Positions 15,399 through 23,557 of a stretch of DNA of 64,000 nt are shown here, one piece after another (the first letter of the stretch is position 1; each line of letters begins with the position of its first letter). The notes beneath the pieces are model-generated. The model made no database searches and had not been told where the DNA came from. It worked only from the letters and a program-made list of their open reading frames with translations. This DNA comes from a bacterium (GTDB lineage Bacteria; Patescibacteriota; Minisyncoccia; UBA6257; WO2-44-18), in the NCBI GenBank assembly GCA_030646995.1, contig JAUSKF010000006.1, forward strand, positions 99,680 to 163,679, read 5' to 3'. The translations under genes and the position numbers were made by a program.

Positions 15399-15986
15399 AT
15401 GCGTTCCCTGATCCCCCCGCTGATGCTGTGTTCCGTTTTCTTTGTCAGCGGTTGCACTACCACGAAGACCGAGACGAAGATGACCGGACTTTTTGATAAC
15501 GATGCCGAAAAAATGATCGCCGCTTATGATCTGGTGGAGAAAGATAAAACGACGTTGGCGCAATTGACCGAAATCGGTTTCAATCCAAAGGCGCCCAACG
15601 TAAGCACTCTGGATGGACCGGAGGCGATGCGGGCGATTTTTGGTGAGCAGGCTTTCGATACAGCCCTGCGAGATCGAAAAAACATCCGTGAGTTGCTGGA
15701 CGAGTTGTCGCACTACAGCATGATTGAGGTCCCATATTTCTATTTGGAAGAGAAAGAAGACCGATTCTATTTCTCCACCCAGGATACCTTTCGAGATGGC
15801 AAGGAGGCGCGGCTTCGCTTCGTGCTTTATGATGGAGTTGTGATTTACGGTGACAAAAAGCACGTGATCATCAAGGGGCACGAGTCCGAGTCCGCTTTTG
15901 CCGAAGGTCTGTTCAAGCTGGTTGAGAAATTTGGCGGAGCGGCCGGCAAGATTAACGACCTGCTGAAGAAGGTGCTTGGAAAGTAG
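15399..15986 (+). CDS. Hypothetical lipoprotein
   Basis: Signal peptide with lipobox FVSGC; internal ATG at 15399 chosen (track ORF 15315). Confidence 0.55.
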   Translation: MRSLIPPLMLCSVFFVSGCTTTKTETKMTGLFDNDAEKMIAAYDLVEKDKTTLAQLTEIGFNPKAPNVSTLDGPEAMRAIFGEQAFDTALRDRKNIRELLDELSHYSMIEVPYFYLEEKEDRFYFSTQDTFRDGKEARLRFVLYDGVVIYGDKKHVIIKGHESESAFAEGLFKLVEKFGGAAGKINDLLKKVLGK

Positions 15987-15993
15987 CAACAAA

Positions 15994-16023
15994 AGCTCCG
16001 GTTCAAACCGGAGCTTTTTAATT
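15994..16023 (+). terminator. Rho-independent terminator
   Basis: aagctccggttcaaaccggagctt hairpin followed by ttttt. Confidence 0.8.
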
Positions 16024-16063
16024 TTCGATTCCTAATATGTAATTTCTAAACAAATCGTGGGGG

Positions 16064-16092
16064 TTGACGCGCATCGGGCCGTTGTATATAAT
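16064..16092 (+). promoter_or_regulatory. Consensus sigma-70 promoter (TTGACG-17-TATAAT), probable rRNA operon promoter
   Basis: Perfect -10 and near-perfect -35 with a 17-nt spacer; followed by a structured GC-clamped leader and the 16S gene about 600 nt downstream. Confidence 0.6.
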
Positions 16093-17559
16093 CTTTTCTA
16101 CGTGGTTAGAGCATCCGCCCCGTTTGATATTTCGAAATTTCGATATATTGATATCGGAACCTCGACCGGGGCGGGTGTTTTATTCAGTAGGCTCGCGGAA
16201 TTATCCGCAAGCGCTTCCGGAAAAACATGGCGACTTTGATAAGTGAATAGTTTCTTAAAAAAACTAGCATCTATTTTTTAAGAAGCGGCATCCTGAAAAG
16301 GAGATAGCTCCCGGTCGCGATGCTAGATATTTTCTTTCTAGCTCGAGGCGCGACGACGAAGGCGTGGTCTGTTCTACGCCAAGGAGGAGCAACAAAGAGA
16401 TAAAAGAAAATATCAGCATCCATTCGGTTGTTGCTAAAATTTCATATCGCTTTGTCATTCCTCCTAGCAATAGAATCTATTGCTGCGTCGTCATTTCTCG
16501 CGAATATAAAATTTTCGCTAACAACGCGACGGTGATTATCTCCTTTTTAGGATGCAAACCAAGAATCATATTTCGACGAGTCATTTCGGCTCGGTCGGAA
16601 ATCTACCAAAAGAGTCAAAAATTTTGTAGTTGTCCCAATTTATTCTTGTTTCGAGCAATGAGATAAAACTTATTGTTTGAAACTTATTAATGAGGATTTG
16701 ATCCTGGTCCAGGATGAACGCTGGCGGCGTGGATAAGGCATGCAAGTCGAACGGAATATTTTTTGAAGAAGTTGAGATTATATCAATGCAACGGATGAAA
16801 ATATTTAGTGGCGAACGGGTTAGTAACACCTTAGTACATACCTCAAAGTCGGGGATAGCCATTCGAAAGAGTGAGTAATACCCGATGGTCTCGCAAGAGT
16901 AAAGTCGCAAGACGCTTTGAGATTGGCTTAGGTCTGATCAGCTAGTTGGTGAGGTAATGGCTCACCAAGGCTATGACCAGTAGGGGGATTGAGAGATTGT
17001 TCCCCAACGAGGAAACTGAGACACGGTTCCTACTCCTACGGGAGGCAGCAGTCGAGAATATTCGACAATGGACGAAAGTCTGATCGAGCGACGCCGCGTG
17101 GAGGATGAAGGTCTTCGGATTGTAAACTCCTTTTCTACAGCAAAAAGTTATTGATTACTGTAGGAATAAGACGCTGCAAACTTCGTGCCAGCAGCCGCGG
17201 TAATACGAAGGCGTCAAGCGTTATCCGGATTTATTGGGTGTAAAGAGTGCGTAGGGGGTTTTGTGCGTCTGTTGTTAAATGTCACCGCTCAACGGTGTCG
17301 CTGCAATGGAAACGGCAGAACTAGAGGGGGCTAGAGGCTAATAGAACACATGGTGTAGGGGTGAAATCCGTTGATATCATGTGGAATACCAAAGGCGAAG
17401 GCATTTAGCTGGGGCCTTCCTGACCCTTAAGCACGAAAGCGTGGGGAGCAAAAAGGATTAGATACCCTTGTAGTCCACGCCCTAAACGATGCAGATTAGC
17501 TATTTCGAGTATCGACCCTCGGAGTGGCGTAGCTAACGCGTTAAATCTGCCACCTGGGA

Positions 17560-17591
<32 letters not shown>

Positions 17592-17715
17592 AGACGGGGA
17601 CTCGCACAAGCGGTGGAACATGAGGTTCAATTCGACGGTAAACGAAAAACCTTACCAGGGTTTGAAATGCACTTGAAGACCAGCAGAAACGTTGGTCGTC
17701 TCTCAAGGACAAGTG

Positions 17716-17747
<32 letters not shown>

Positions 17748-18065
17748 CTTTGAAGTGTTCCCTTAAGTGGGTTAACGAGCGCAACCCCTATCCTGTGTTT
17801 TATATGTCACAGGAGACCGCCGTGTTTAACACGGAGGAAGGCAGGGATGACGTCAAATCCGCATGGCCCTCTGATACCCTGGGCTACACTCGTGTTACAA
17901 TGGCCGGTACAATGGGCTGCCAAACCGCAAGGTGGAGCAAATCCCATCAAAACCGGCCCCAGTTCAGATTGGAGGCTGCAACTCGCCTCCATGAAGCCGG
18001 AATCGCTAGTAATCGTGGGTCAGCTATACCACGGTGAATACGTTCTCGAGTCCTGTACTCACAAG

Positions 18066-18925
18066 AATCGCGCACAGCAGGTTATGAAGCTAAGTCGTTC
18101 AAATCGACTCCTCCGAACGAGATCGGAGCGTAGCTGAAGGATAGTCGCCAATCGCGAGAGAGGCGGCAGAAGGATCCGAAAGCAAAGAGCAGTCCCGTTA
18201 AATCCGCCAGTTGGCGGACAGCCGCCGAGCCATGGTTGGGTGGTGAGCATGGCGAAGGCAAGTGCAAGCTGTAATGGGAATGTTCGGAAAAGTCTTATAA
18301 CTTACCTGTGGAGATCTGATATTGTCCTTGACGCAGCGTCAGGGTATAATGAAATTAACGCAATATCAGAAGTCAGCTGGGTCGTAGTATTCCGACGTAT
18401 AACGTCGGAGGAAGGACCCACTCAATGAAATGCTTACGAAAGATTACATAGTTGGTTTAGTAGATGGCGAAGGGAGCTTTACGGCTTACATTCGCGATCA
18501 AAGCAAGCCAACTAAGGTCAAAAGGAGAGTTAAGGTAGAGCCAAGGTTTTATCTGAAGCTAATCGAGAAAGATAAACCAGTACTAGATGAGTTAAAGAAA
18601 TTCTTTAATTGTGGGAATGTCTATTTTCAAAAAGACAATCGCGCAAATCATCAGCATTGCTATCGCTTCGAAGTAGCCAACAGGAAAGACCTTACTGAAA
18701 TAATTATTCCGTTTTTCAAGGAAAATCAATTGAAGTTCCCTTCCAAAAGAAAGGATTTCAAGATTTTCTGCGATTTAATGAGGAGGATTAATAAAGGCGA
18801 ACACTTAACTTCGGAAGGCTTGAGTAATCTTTATAGGATTAAGCAGCAAATGCATTGAGCTCGCGTAGTGCGGGAAATCCGCTCGCTACGTGGGAACATC
18901 AATTCTTTATTTCAAAGAAAATAAT
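18066..18925 (+). mobile_element. Intron/insertion in 16S rRNA carrying a LAGLIDADG homing endonuclease gene (boundaries approximate)
   Basis: 16S homology breaks after ...cctgtactcacaag at about 18065 and resumes at cgcccgtca at 18926; aatcgc is present at both borders. Confidence 0.75.
18430..18858 (+). CDS. LAGLIDADG homing endonuclease (intron-encoded)
   Basis: IVGLVDGEGSF motif; 142 aa; lies inside the 16S insertion. Confidence 0.85.
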   Translation: MLTKDYIVGLVDGEGSFTAYIRDQSKPTKVKRRVKVEPRFYLKLIEKDKPVLDELKKFFNCGNVYFQKDNRANHQHCYRFEVANRKDLTEIIIPFFKENQLKFPSKRKDFKIFCDLMRRINKGEHLTSEGLSNLYRIKQQMH

Positions 18926-19197
18926 CGCCCGTCAAGTCAAGGAAGCCGGTAATACCCAAACCCCGACGTTCGTCGGAGCAAGGTAGGATCGGTAACAGGG
19001 GCTAAGTCGTAACAAGGCACGCGTAGCGGAAGCTGTGCGTGGATCAATTAAACTAAAATTCTCAAAACCTTCTTTAATAGAAGTGAGAATAAGTTGTCGA
19101 TTTTTAAGCAATTAATTACAGGTTTTTATCGAGGAGCCTTTAAGTCTCGATCACTTTGGGATAACTACAAAATTTTGGACGTTCTTGGTTAACAAAA

Positions 19198-19224
19198 CCC
19201 CGCCACGTCGGCGGGGTTTTGTTG
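19198..19224 (+). terminator. Rho-independent terminator downstream of 16S
   Basis: ccccgcc-acgtc-ggcgggg hairpin followed by ttttgtt. Confidence 0.65.
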
Positions 19225-19406
19225 TCTAGGGCGGCCAAACCCCTTTCTCTTCCTCAACCCGCTTCGTTTGCTCCTGCGGCAAACTCCACTTAACGCTCGC
19301 GCTAATCGGGTTTTTGTTAAAGATATATTATACAAAAACCTCCTAGCCGATTAGGCTCGCTCGGGTTTCGGGGAAGAGAAAGAAGTTTGACCTGCGCACG
19401 ACTTAT

Positions 19407-19435
19407 TTGACGAATTGGAGATATTTTGTTATTAT
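19407..19435 (+). promoter_or_regulatory. Sigma-70-like promoter TTGACG-17-TATTAT
   Basis: About 30 nt upstream of the RBS and GTG start of the NUDIX-like gene; the gttattatctttcc motif is shared with the lipoprotein-array promoters. Confidence 0.55.
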
Positions 19436-19466
19436 CTTTCCAGCAACTTTTCACAAGGAGGTAGTC

Positions 19467-19979
19467 GTGGAACAGACGAAAGTCGGGTCGGTTTCGCCGG
19501 AACTGCTGGATGGGGAATACCTGAACGACGCCGGGACAGACATGCTGTTGGCCTTGCTGACGAAGCTGCGGCCCGGGAGATGGGGGAGGGCCTTCATTCC
19601 CCTGCGAAGCTTGATGGTGACGGTGGCTTGTGAGCTCGTGATTGTGGAAAGACGTCAGGTTCTACTCACTTATCGCGAAGACAAGCACTTCAAGGGCTGG
19701 CACACCCCCGGGACCTACATTGAACCCGGCGAGGATTTGCAGACGACTGCTCAGCGCTGCGCGACTCGCGAACTTGGAGAAAAAGTTCGGGTGCGATTCA
19801 AGGGCATCATTGGAGCCGTGAACCATCCGAAGAGCGCGCGCTTCCACGATCTTAGCGTGTTGGCTCTGTGTGAGATTGTTGAGGGAAGTCCGACGACGGG
19901 CGCGTGGTTTAGCGAATGCCCCAAAGACCTCATTCCGGATCACCTTGAGTATTGGCCGATGATTGAAAAAGTTCTCTAG
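19467..19979 (+). CDS. NUDIX-like hydrolase (hypothetical)
   Basis: GTG start 7 nt after aaggagg; degenerate NUDIX box GWHTPGTYIEPGEDLQTTAQRCATRELGE. Confidence 0.55.
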   Translation: MEQTKVGSVSPELLDGEYLNDAGTDMLLALLTKLRPGRWGRAFIPLRSLMVTVACELVIVERRQVLLTYREDKHFKGWHTPGTYIEPGEDLQTTAQRCATRELGEKVRVRFKGIIGAVNHPKSARFHDLSVLALCEIVEGSPTTGAWFSECPKDLIPDHLEYWPMIEKVL

Positions 19980-19988
19980 AAATTCCAT

Positions 19989-20024
19989 CCCCGCACTATG
20001 CTATAGCATAGTGCGGGGATTTTT
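19989..20024 (+). terminator. Rho-independent terminator
   Basis: ccccgcactatgctatagcatagtgcgggg perfect palindrome followed by a T-run. Confidence 0.85.
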
Positions 20025-20294
20025 GTTTGTTCCCGTATTTAACAGAGCGAATCGGCATTTCTTTGTAAGGAACCACAAGGGGAGGCTAGCCCAAAATAAT
20101 GAGTGCAGGGCAGATTTTTGGTTAAAAAATTGAATGGCCGGAAAATCCCGAAGGGAGGAACGGGAGCCGTTCAATTTATCCCAAAAATCAACCGGAGTGA
20201 ATATATTTTTTCTAGCCGTACCGGGTTCCTGAAAGAAATGCCGATGAGCCTTGTGGATAATCGGGAGTGGCTTTTTAATCGGCGAAATAAGATA

Positions 20295-20912
20295 ATGAGC
20301 TATATGATAAAAACATCTAAAAAAGGTTTCACGCTTATCGAATTACTAATCGTTATTGGTATTTTGGCAATTTTAGCAACGGCCGTTATTTTAATATTGA
20401 ATCCTGTTGAATTATTTAAACAAGCCCGTGATTCCCAGCGTATTTCTGATATGGCTACAATGAAAAGCGCTTTGGCCTTCTACCTTTCCACTGTTTCCGG
20501 AGCCAATTTAGGAGCTGCCGGCACTTGTTATGCTTACGCGCCTGCTGGTGGAGTTGCTTTGCCTGCTGATTGCGGCCTGCGCCACACCGCTTCCGCTGAA
20601 GTCTATGATGCAGATTTGTCGGTAGATGGTACTGGCTGGATGCCGATAGACCTTGGTCAGATTCCCGGAGGAGCGCCACTTTCCGCTTTGCCTCGCGACC
20701 CTCAAGCTTCAGCTGGTAAATTCTATTCTTATGTCGGCAACACTGCCGGTGGAACTTTTGAAATGAACGCAGACATGGAAAGCGGACGTTATTCTTGTGG
20801 AGGAAAAGATGACGTGGAAAGCACTGATGGAGGAGATAAGCCGATTGCCGGTGGCGCTTGCGATGCATCATCAGTTTACGAGGTAGGCAATGATCCTGGA
20901 CTCAATCTTTAA
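20295..20912 (+). CDS. Type IV pilin (prepilin with N-terminal methylation motif)
   Basis: Leader MSYMIKTSKKG followed by FTLIELLIVIGILAI, a class III signal peptide; Cys pairs in the C-terminal part. Confidence 0.85.
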   Translation: MSYMIKTSKKGFTLIELLIVIGILAILATAVILILNPVELFKQARDSQRISDMATMKSALAFYLSTVSGANLGAAGTCYAYAPAGGVALPADCGLRHTASAEVYDADLSVDGTGWMPIDLGQIPGGAPLSALPRDPQASAGKFYSYVGNTAGGTFEMNADMESGRYSCGGKDDVESTDGGDKPIAGGACDASSVYEVGNDPGLNL

Positions 20913-21435
20913 TTTAGTAATCGTTTCACTACTCCTTGGGGCGCAATGGTTAATGCGCCCTTTGGCGTTTTTCAGAATAACGAGGATTATTTTTTGGGTT
21001 TTACTTTTCGGAGCTTTATTTTTGTCTTTCTATTTAACCCATGAGCAATATAAGATTTGGCTCGCGCATCCGCTTTCTCAATTTTTACTTCCACCCCATC
21101 AGAGCGCTAATTATTTTATCTCCTATGCATCGGTGAATTTCTTTTTGCCCATCGTCGCGAACTTATTATTGGCTACTATGGCGATGCTGGCATTGTTTCT
21201 AATTAACAAAAATTCCAAAGGCAGATTTTTTGAATCAGTAGAGTCGTATTTGGCAGGAGTTGCCGTTTTGTTATCCGGAGCGGCCTGGCCGATTTTGCTC
21301 CTTGCGCTAGTCGGCATCGCTTTTTTGGGGTCAGTCATTAATCTTTTGCGTAAGCGTGGTGCGTTTTCCCTAGAATATTTTTGGCTCCCCGCTGCCGCAT
21401 CGGCTATACTTATACTAAAGATAATAAGTTTATAA
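20890..21435 (+). CDS. Hypothetical polytopic membrane protein in the pilus locus
   Basis: 181 aa with about 5 TM helices and no catalytic motif recognised; lies between the pilin gene and pilB. Confidence 0.45.
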   Translation: MILDSIFNLVIVSLLLGAQWLMRPLAFFRITRIIFWVLLFGALFLSFYLTHEQYKIWLAHPLSQFLLPPHQSANYFISYASVNFFLPIVANLLLATMAMLALFLINKNSKGRFFESVESYLAGVAVLLSGAAWPILLLALVGIAFLGSVINLLRKRGAFSLEYFWLPAAASAILILKIISL

Positions 21436-21516
21436 AGTTATAATGTTTATAAAGTAGAGACGCTTCCGTTTTTAACTTTAAAACCTTACAAACTTTACAA
21501 CTTTTAACTATTTAGC

Positions 21517-23232
21517 ATGGTCCAAATCCCCGACGATAAATTAAAAGAGATATTGGTAAAAGACGGCGTAGTAAGCGCCGCTGATTTTGATTCGGTAGCC
21601 AAAGATTCTAAGAGAATGGGGCAATCGGTGGCGCAGATTTTGGTTTCGAGAAATTTCATTAAGCCAGGATACTACAACGGATTGTTGGCTAAATATTTTG
21701 GCGTGGAGCCGGCGAATCTTTCTAGTCAGACAATTGATGAGGCGGCGTTGCGCTTATTAACCGAAGACCTCGCTCGCCAGAAAAAAGCAGTTATTTTTAA
21801 GCGCGACGAAGACGGGGCTTTGAATGTGGCGATGAGTGATCCGACTGACCTCGCTACGATTGAATTTCTCGCAAGCCGACTAGGCGCGCGCATCAAGCCA
21901 TATTTGGCCACCGATGAAGATTTGAAAAAGGGTTTTGCTGTTTATGGCAGAAAATCGGCGGATGACTTCCGGAAGATTATTGAGGAAAATGTGCAGGCAA
22001 CTTTGCGCGCCGAAATAGGTGGAAAGGTGGAGAAAGATGCGGCGCAAGAAGTGCCAGTGGTGGCTATCGTGGATAACTTGGTTTCTTATGCAATCGCCAC
22101 GCGAGCTTCCGATATTCACATAGAAATCTTGGAAGACGCAGTGTTGGTGCGCTATAGGATTGACGGCATTTTGCATGAAATTAGTAAAATTCCGAAAGAA
22201 GTTCATTCATCAATTTTAGCGAGGCTGAAATTGCTGGCTGGTCTACGCCTCGACGAACATTCCAAGCCGCAAGACGGACGCTTCCGCTATCAAGCGGGTG
22301 GGGATTTGATTGATATCCGCGTTTCAGTGATACCGACTTTTTACGGAGAAAAAGTGGAGATGCGCTTGCTTTCATCCACTACCCGCGCGCTTTCTTTTGA
22401 GGAGCTTGGAATGTTGCCGGACACGATTAAAACTATTCAGGAAAATACTTCTAAGACTTACGGCATTGTGTTGGTTACCGGTCCGACCGGTTCTGGAAAA
22501 AGTACCACGATTTATTCAATGTTGAGTGTTTTAAACAAACCAGAAGTGAATATTTCTACCATTGAAGATCCGGTTGAGTACGATATGAAATATATTAACC
22601 AGACGCAGGTGAATGAGGCAGCAGGCATTACTTTTGCGAATGGTTTGCGGGCGCTCCTTCGCCAAGACCCGAATATCATAATGGTGGGTGAGGTGCGCGA
22701 CGGTGAGACGGCGGAAATCGCCGTGCAGGCGGCCTTAACCGGTCACTTGGTGCTTTCAACTTTACACACCAACGATGCCGCTTCCGCTATTCCACGCTTG
22801 TTTGATTTGAAAGTAGAGCCATTTTTGGCGGCGGCGGTTTTAAATGCGATTCTTGCTCAGCGTTTGGTGCGGCAGATTTGCCCTGACTGCATTCAGTCTT
22901 ATCCGGTCACTCCAGAAATTGTGAAGATTATTCAGGGCCAGTTTAAGTCATTGGGTATTGAAGGGGAGTATAAGCCGCCGAGGGCAATGTTTAAGGGAAA
23001 GGGTTGCGCTACTTGTGGGAACATTGGCTACAAGGGGCGAATCGCTATTTTTGAAGCTTTCAGCGTGGATGAATCTTTGCGTAATCAAATCGTGGATTCT
23101 AAATTCACTTTGGACCTATTAAGGAAAGAGCTCCGGAAAAAAGGATATGTGACGATGTTTGAAGATGGGTTGCGGAAAGTTGCCAAGGGTATGACCACGA
23201 TTGAGGAGGTGTTGCGCGTTATTAGAGAATAG
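21517..23232 (+). CDS. pilB: Type IV pilus assembly ATPase PilB (GspE family)
   Basis: Walker A GPTGSGKST, Asp box, Walker B and CxxC...CxxC tetracysteine (CPDC...CATCG). Confidence 0.9.
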   Translation: MVQIPDDKLKEILVKDGVVSAADFDSVAKDSKRMGQSVAQILVSRNFIKPGYYNGLLAKYFGVEPANLSSQTIDEAALRLLTEDLARQKKAVIFKRDEDGALNVAMSDPTDLATIEFLASRLGARIKPYLATDEDLKKGFAVYGRKSADDFRKIIEENVQATLRAEIGGKVEKDAAQEVPVVAIVDNLVSYAIATRASDIHIEILEDAVLVRYRIDGILHEISKIPKEVHSSILARLKLLAGLRLDEHSKPQDGRFRYQAGGDLIDIRVSVIPTFYGEKVEMRLLSSTTRALSFEELGMLPDTIKTIQENTSKTYGIVLVTGPTGSGKSTTIYSMLSVLNKPEVNISTIEDPVEYDMKYINQTQVNEAAGITFANGLRALLRQDPNIIMVGEVRDGETAEIAVQAALTGHLVLSTLHTNDAASAIPRLFDLKVEPFLAAAVLNAILAQRLVRQICPDCIQSYPVTPEIVKIIQGQFKSLGIEGEYKPPRAMFKGKGCATCGNIGYKGRIAIFEAFSVDESLRNQIVDSKFTLDLLRKELRKKGYVTMFEDGLRKVAKGMTTIEEVLRVIRE

Positions 23233-23266
23233 GACGGTCCGGCTCTTTTTCTCGGACACAGAATAA

Positions 23267-23293
23267 CCGGCCTCCTGCGGGCCGGCTTTCTTC
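23267..23293 (+). terminator. Rho-independent terminator after pilB
   Basis: ccggcc-tcctgcg-ggccgg hairpin followed by ctttcttct. Confidence 0.7.
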
Positions 23294-23387
23294 TCCCTCG
23301 GCAGTTGTTCGTTCGTGGACTATATAACGAACGAGCCAAGCCCAACCGCCTCCGGCATGTTCCTTGAAAGAGAGTCGCCTCGCTTTG

Positions 23388-23409
23388 CCACTTTCCCGCG
23401 GGAAAGTGG
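23388..23409. promoter_or_regulatory. Palindrome ccactttcccgcgggaaagtgg (operator-like; family of three)
   Basis: Perfect 22-bp palindrome; related to 28061-28082 and 28567-28594; no T-run follows, so it is not a terminator. Confidence 0.5.
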
Positions 23410-23443
23410 ATTACTGTGGATAAGACCTCAATACCCCCCCCTC

Positions 23444-23451
23444 GTATTTAA
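23444..23451. repeat. Poly-C (C8) tract in the promoter region of the giant surface-protein gene
   Basis: Eight C immediately upstream of a TATAAT at 23464-23469, occupying the spacer/-35 position. Confidence 0.85.
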
Positions 23452-23513
23452 GATATAATTTCTTTAAGGCTATTTATAGCTAAAAACTCCATGAGATTTT
23501 TCCGTTTTCCATC

Positions 23514-23524
23514 GGGGGGGGGGG
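23514..23524. repeat. Poly-G (G11) tract inside the signal-peptide coding region of the giant surface-protein gene
   Basis: Eleven G; ATG 23491 (MRFFRFPSGGG...) is out of frame with the 1496-aa ORF at G11 and in frame at G10. Confidence 0.9.
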
Positions 23525-23557
23525 CGCCTAACTGTTCTTATATTTCTCAGTCTTTTT

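Noticed and set aside
16264-16666. ORFs 16264..16470 (-) and 16364..16666 (+) immediately upstream of the 16S gene
   Set aside because: Located in the AT-rich rRNA leader. No RBS and implausible composition. More likely non-coding leader or spacer.
19046-19340. Hypothesis of a second intron at the very 3' end of 16S restoring CCUCC
   Set aside because: A terminator-like hairpin (19198-19224) lies between GGAUCA and the downstream cctcctag. Kept only as an open question in the findings.
20030-20295. Possible riboswitch in the about 270-nt leader of the pilin gene
   Set aside because: No recognisable conserved riboswitch core (GEMM, TPP and others) by eye. Left unassigned.
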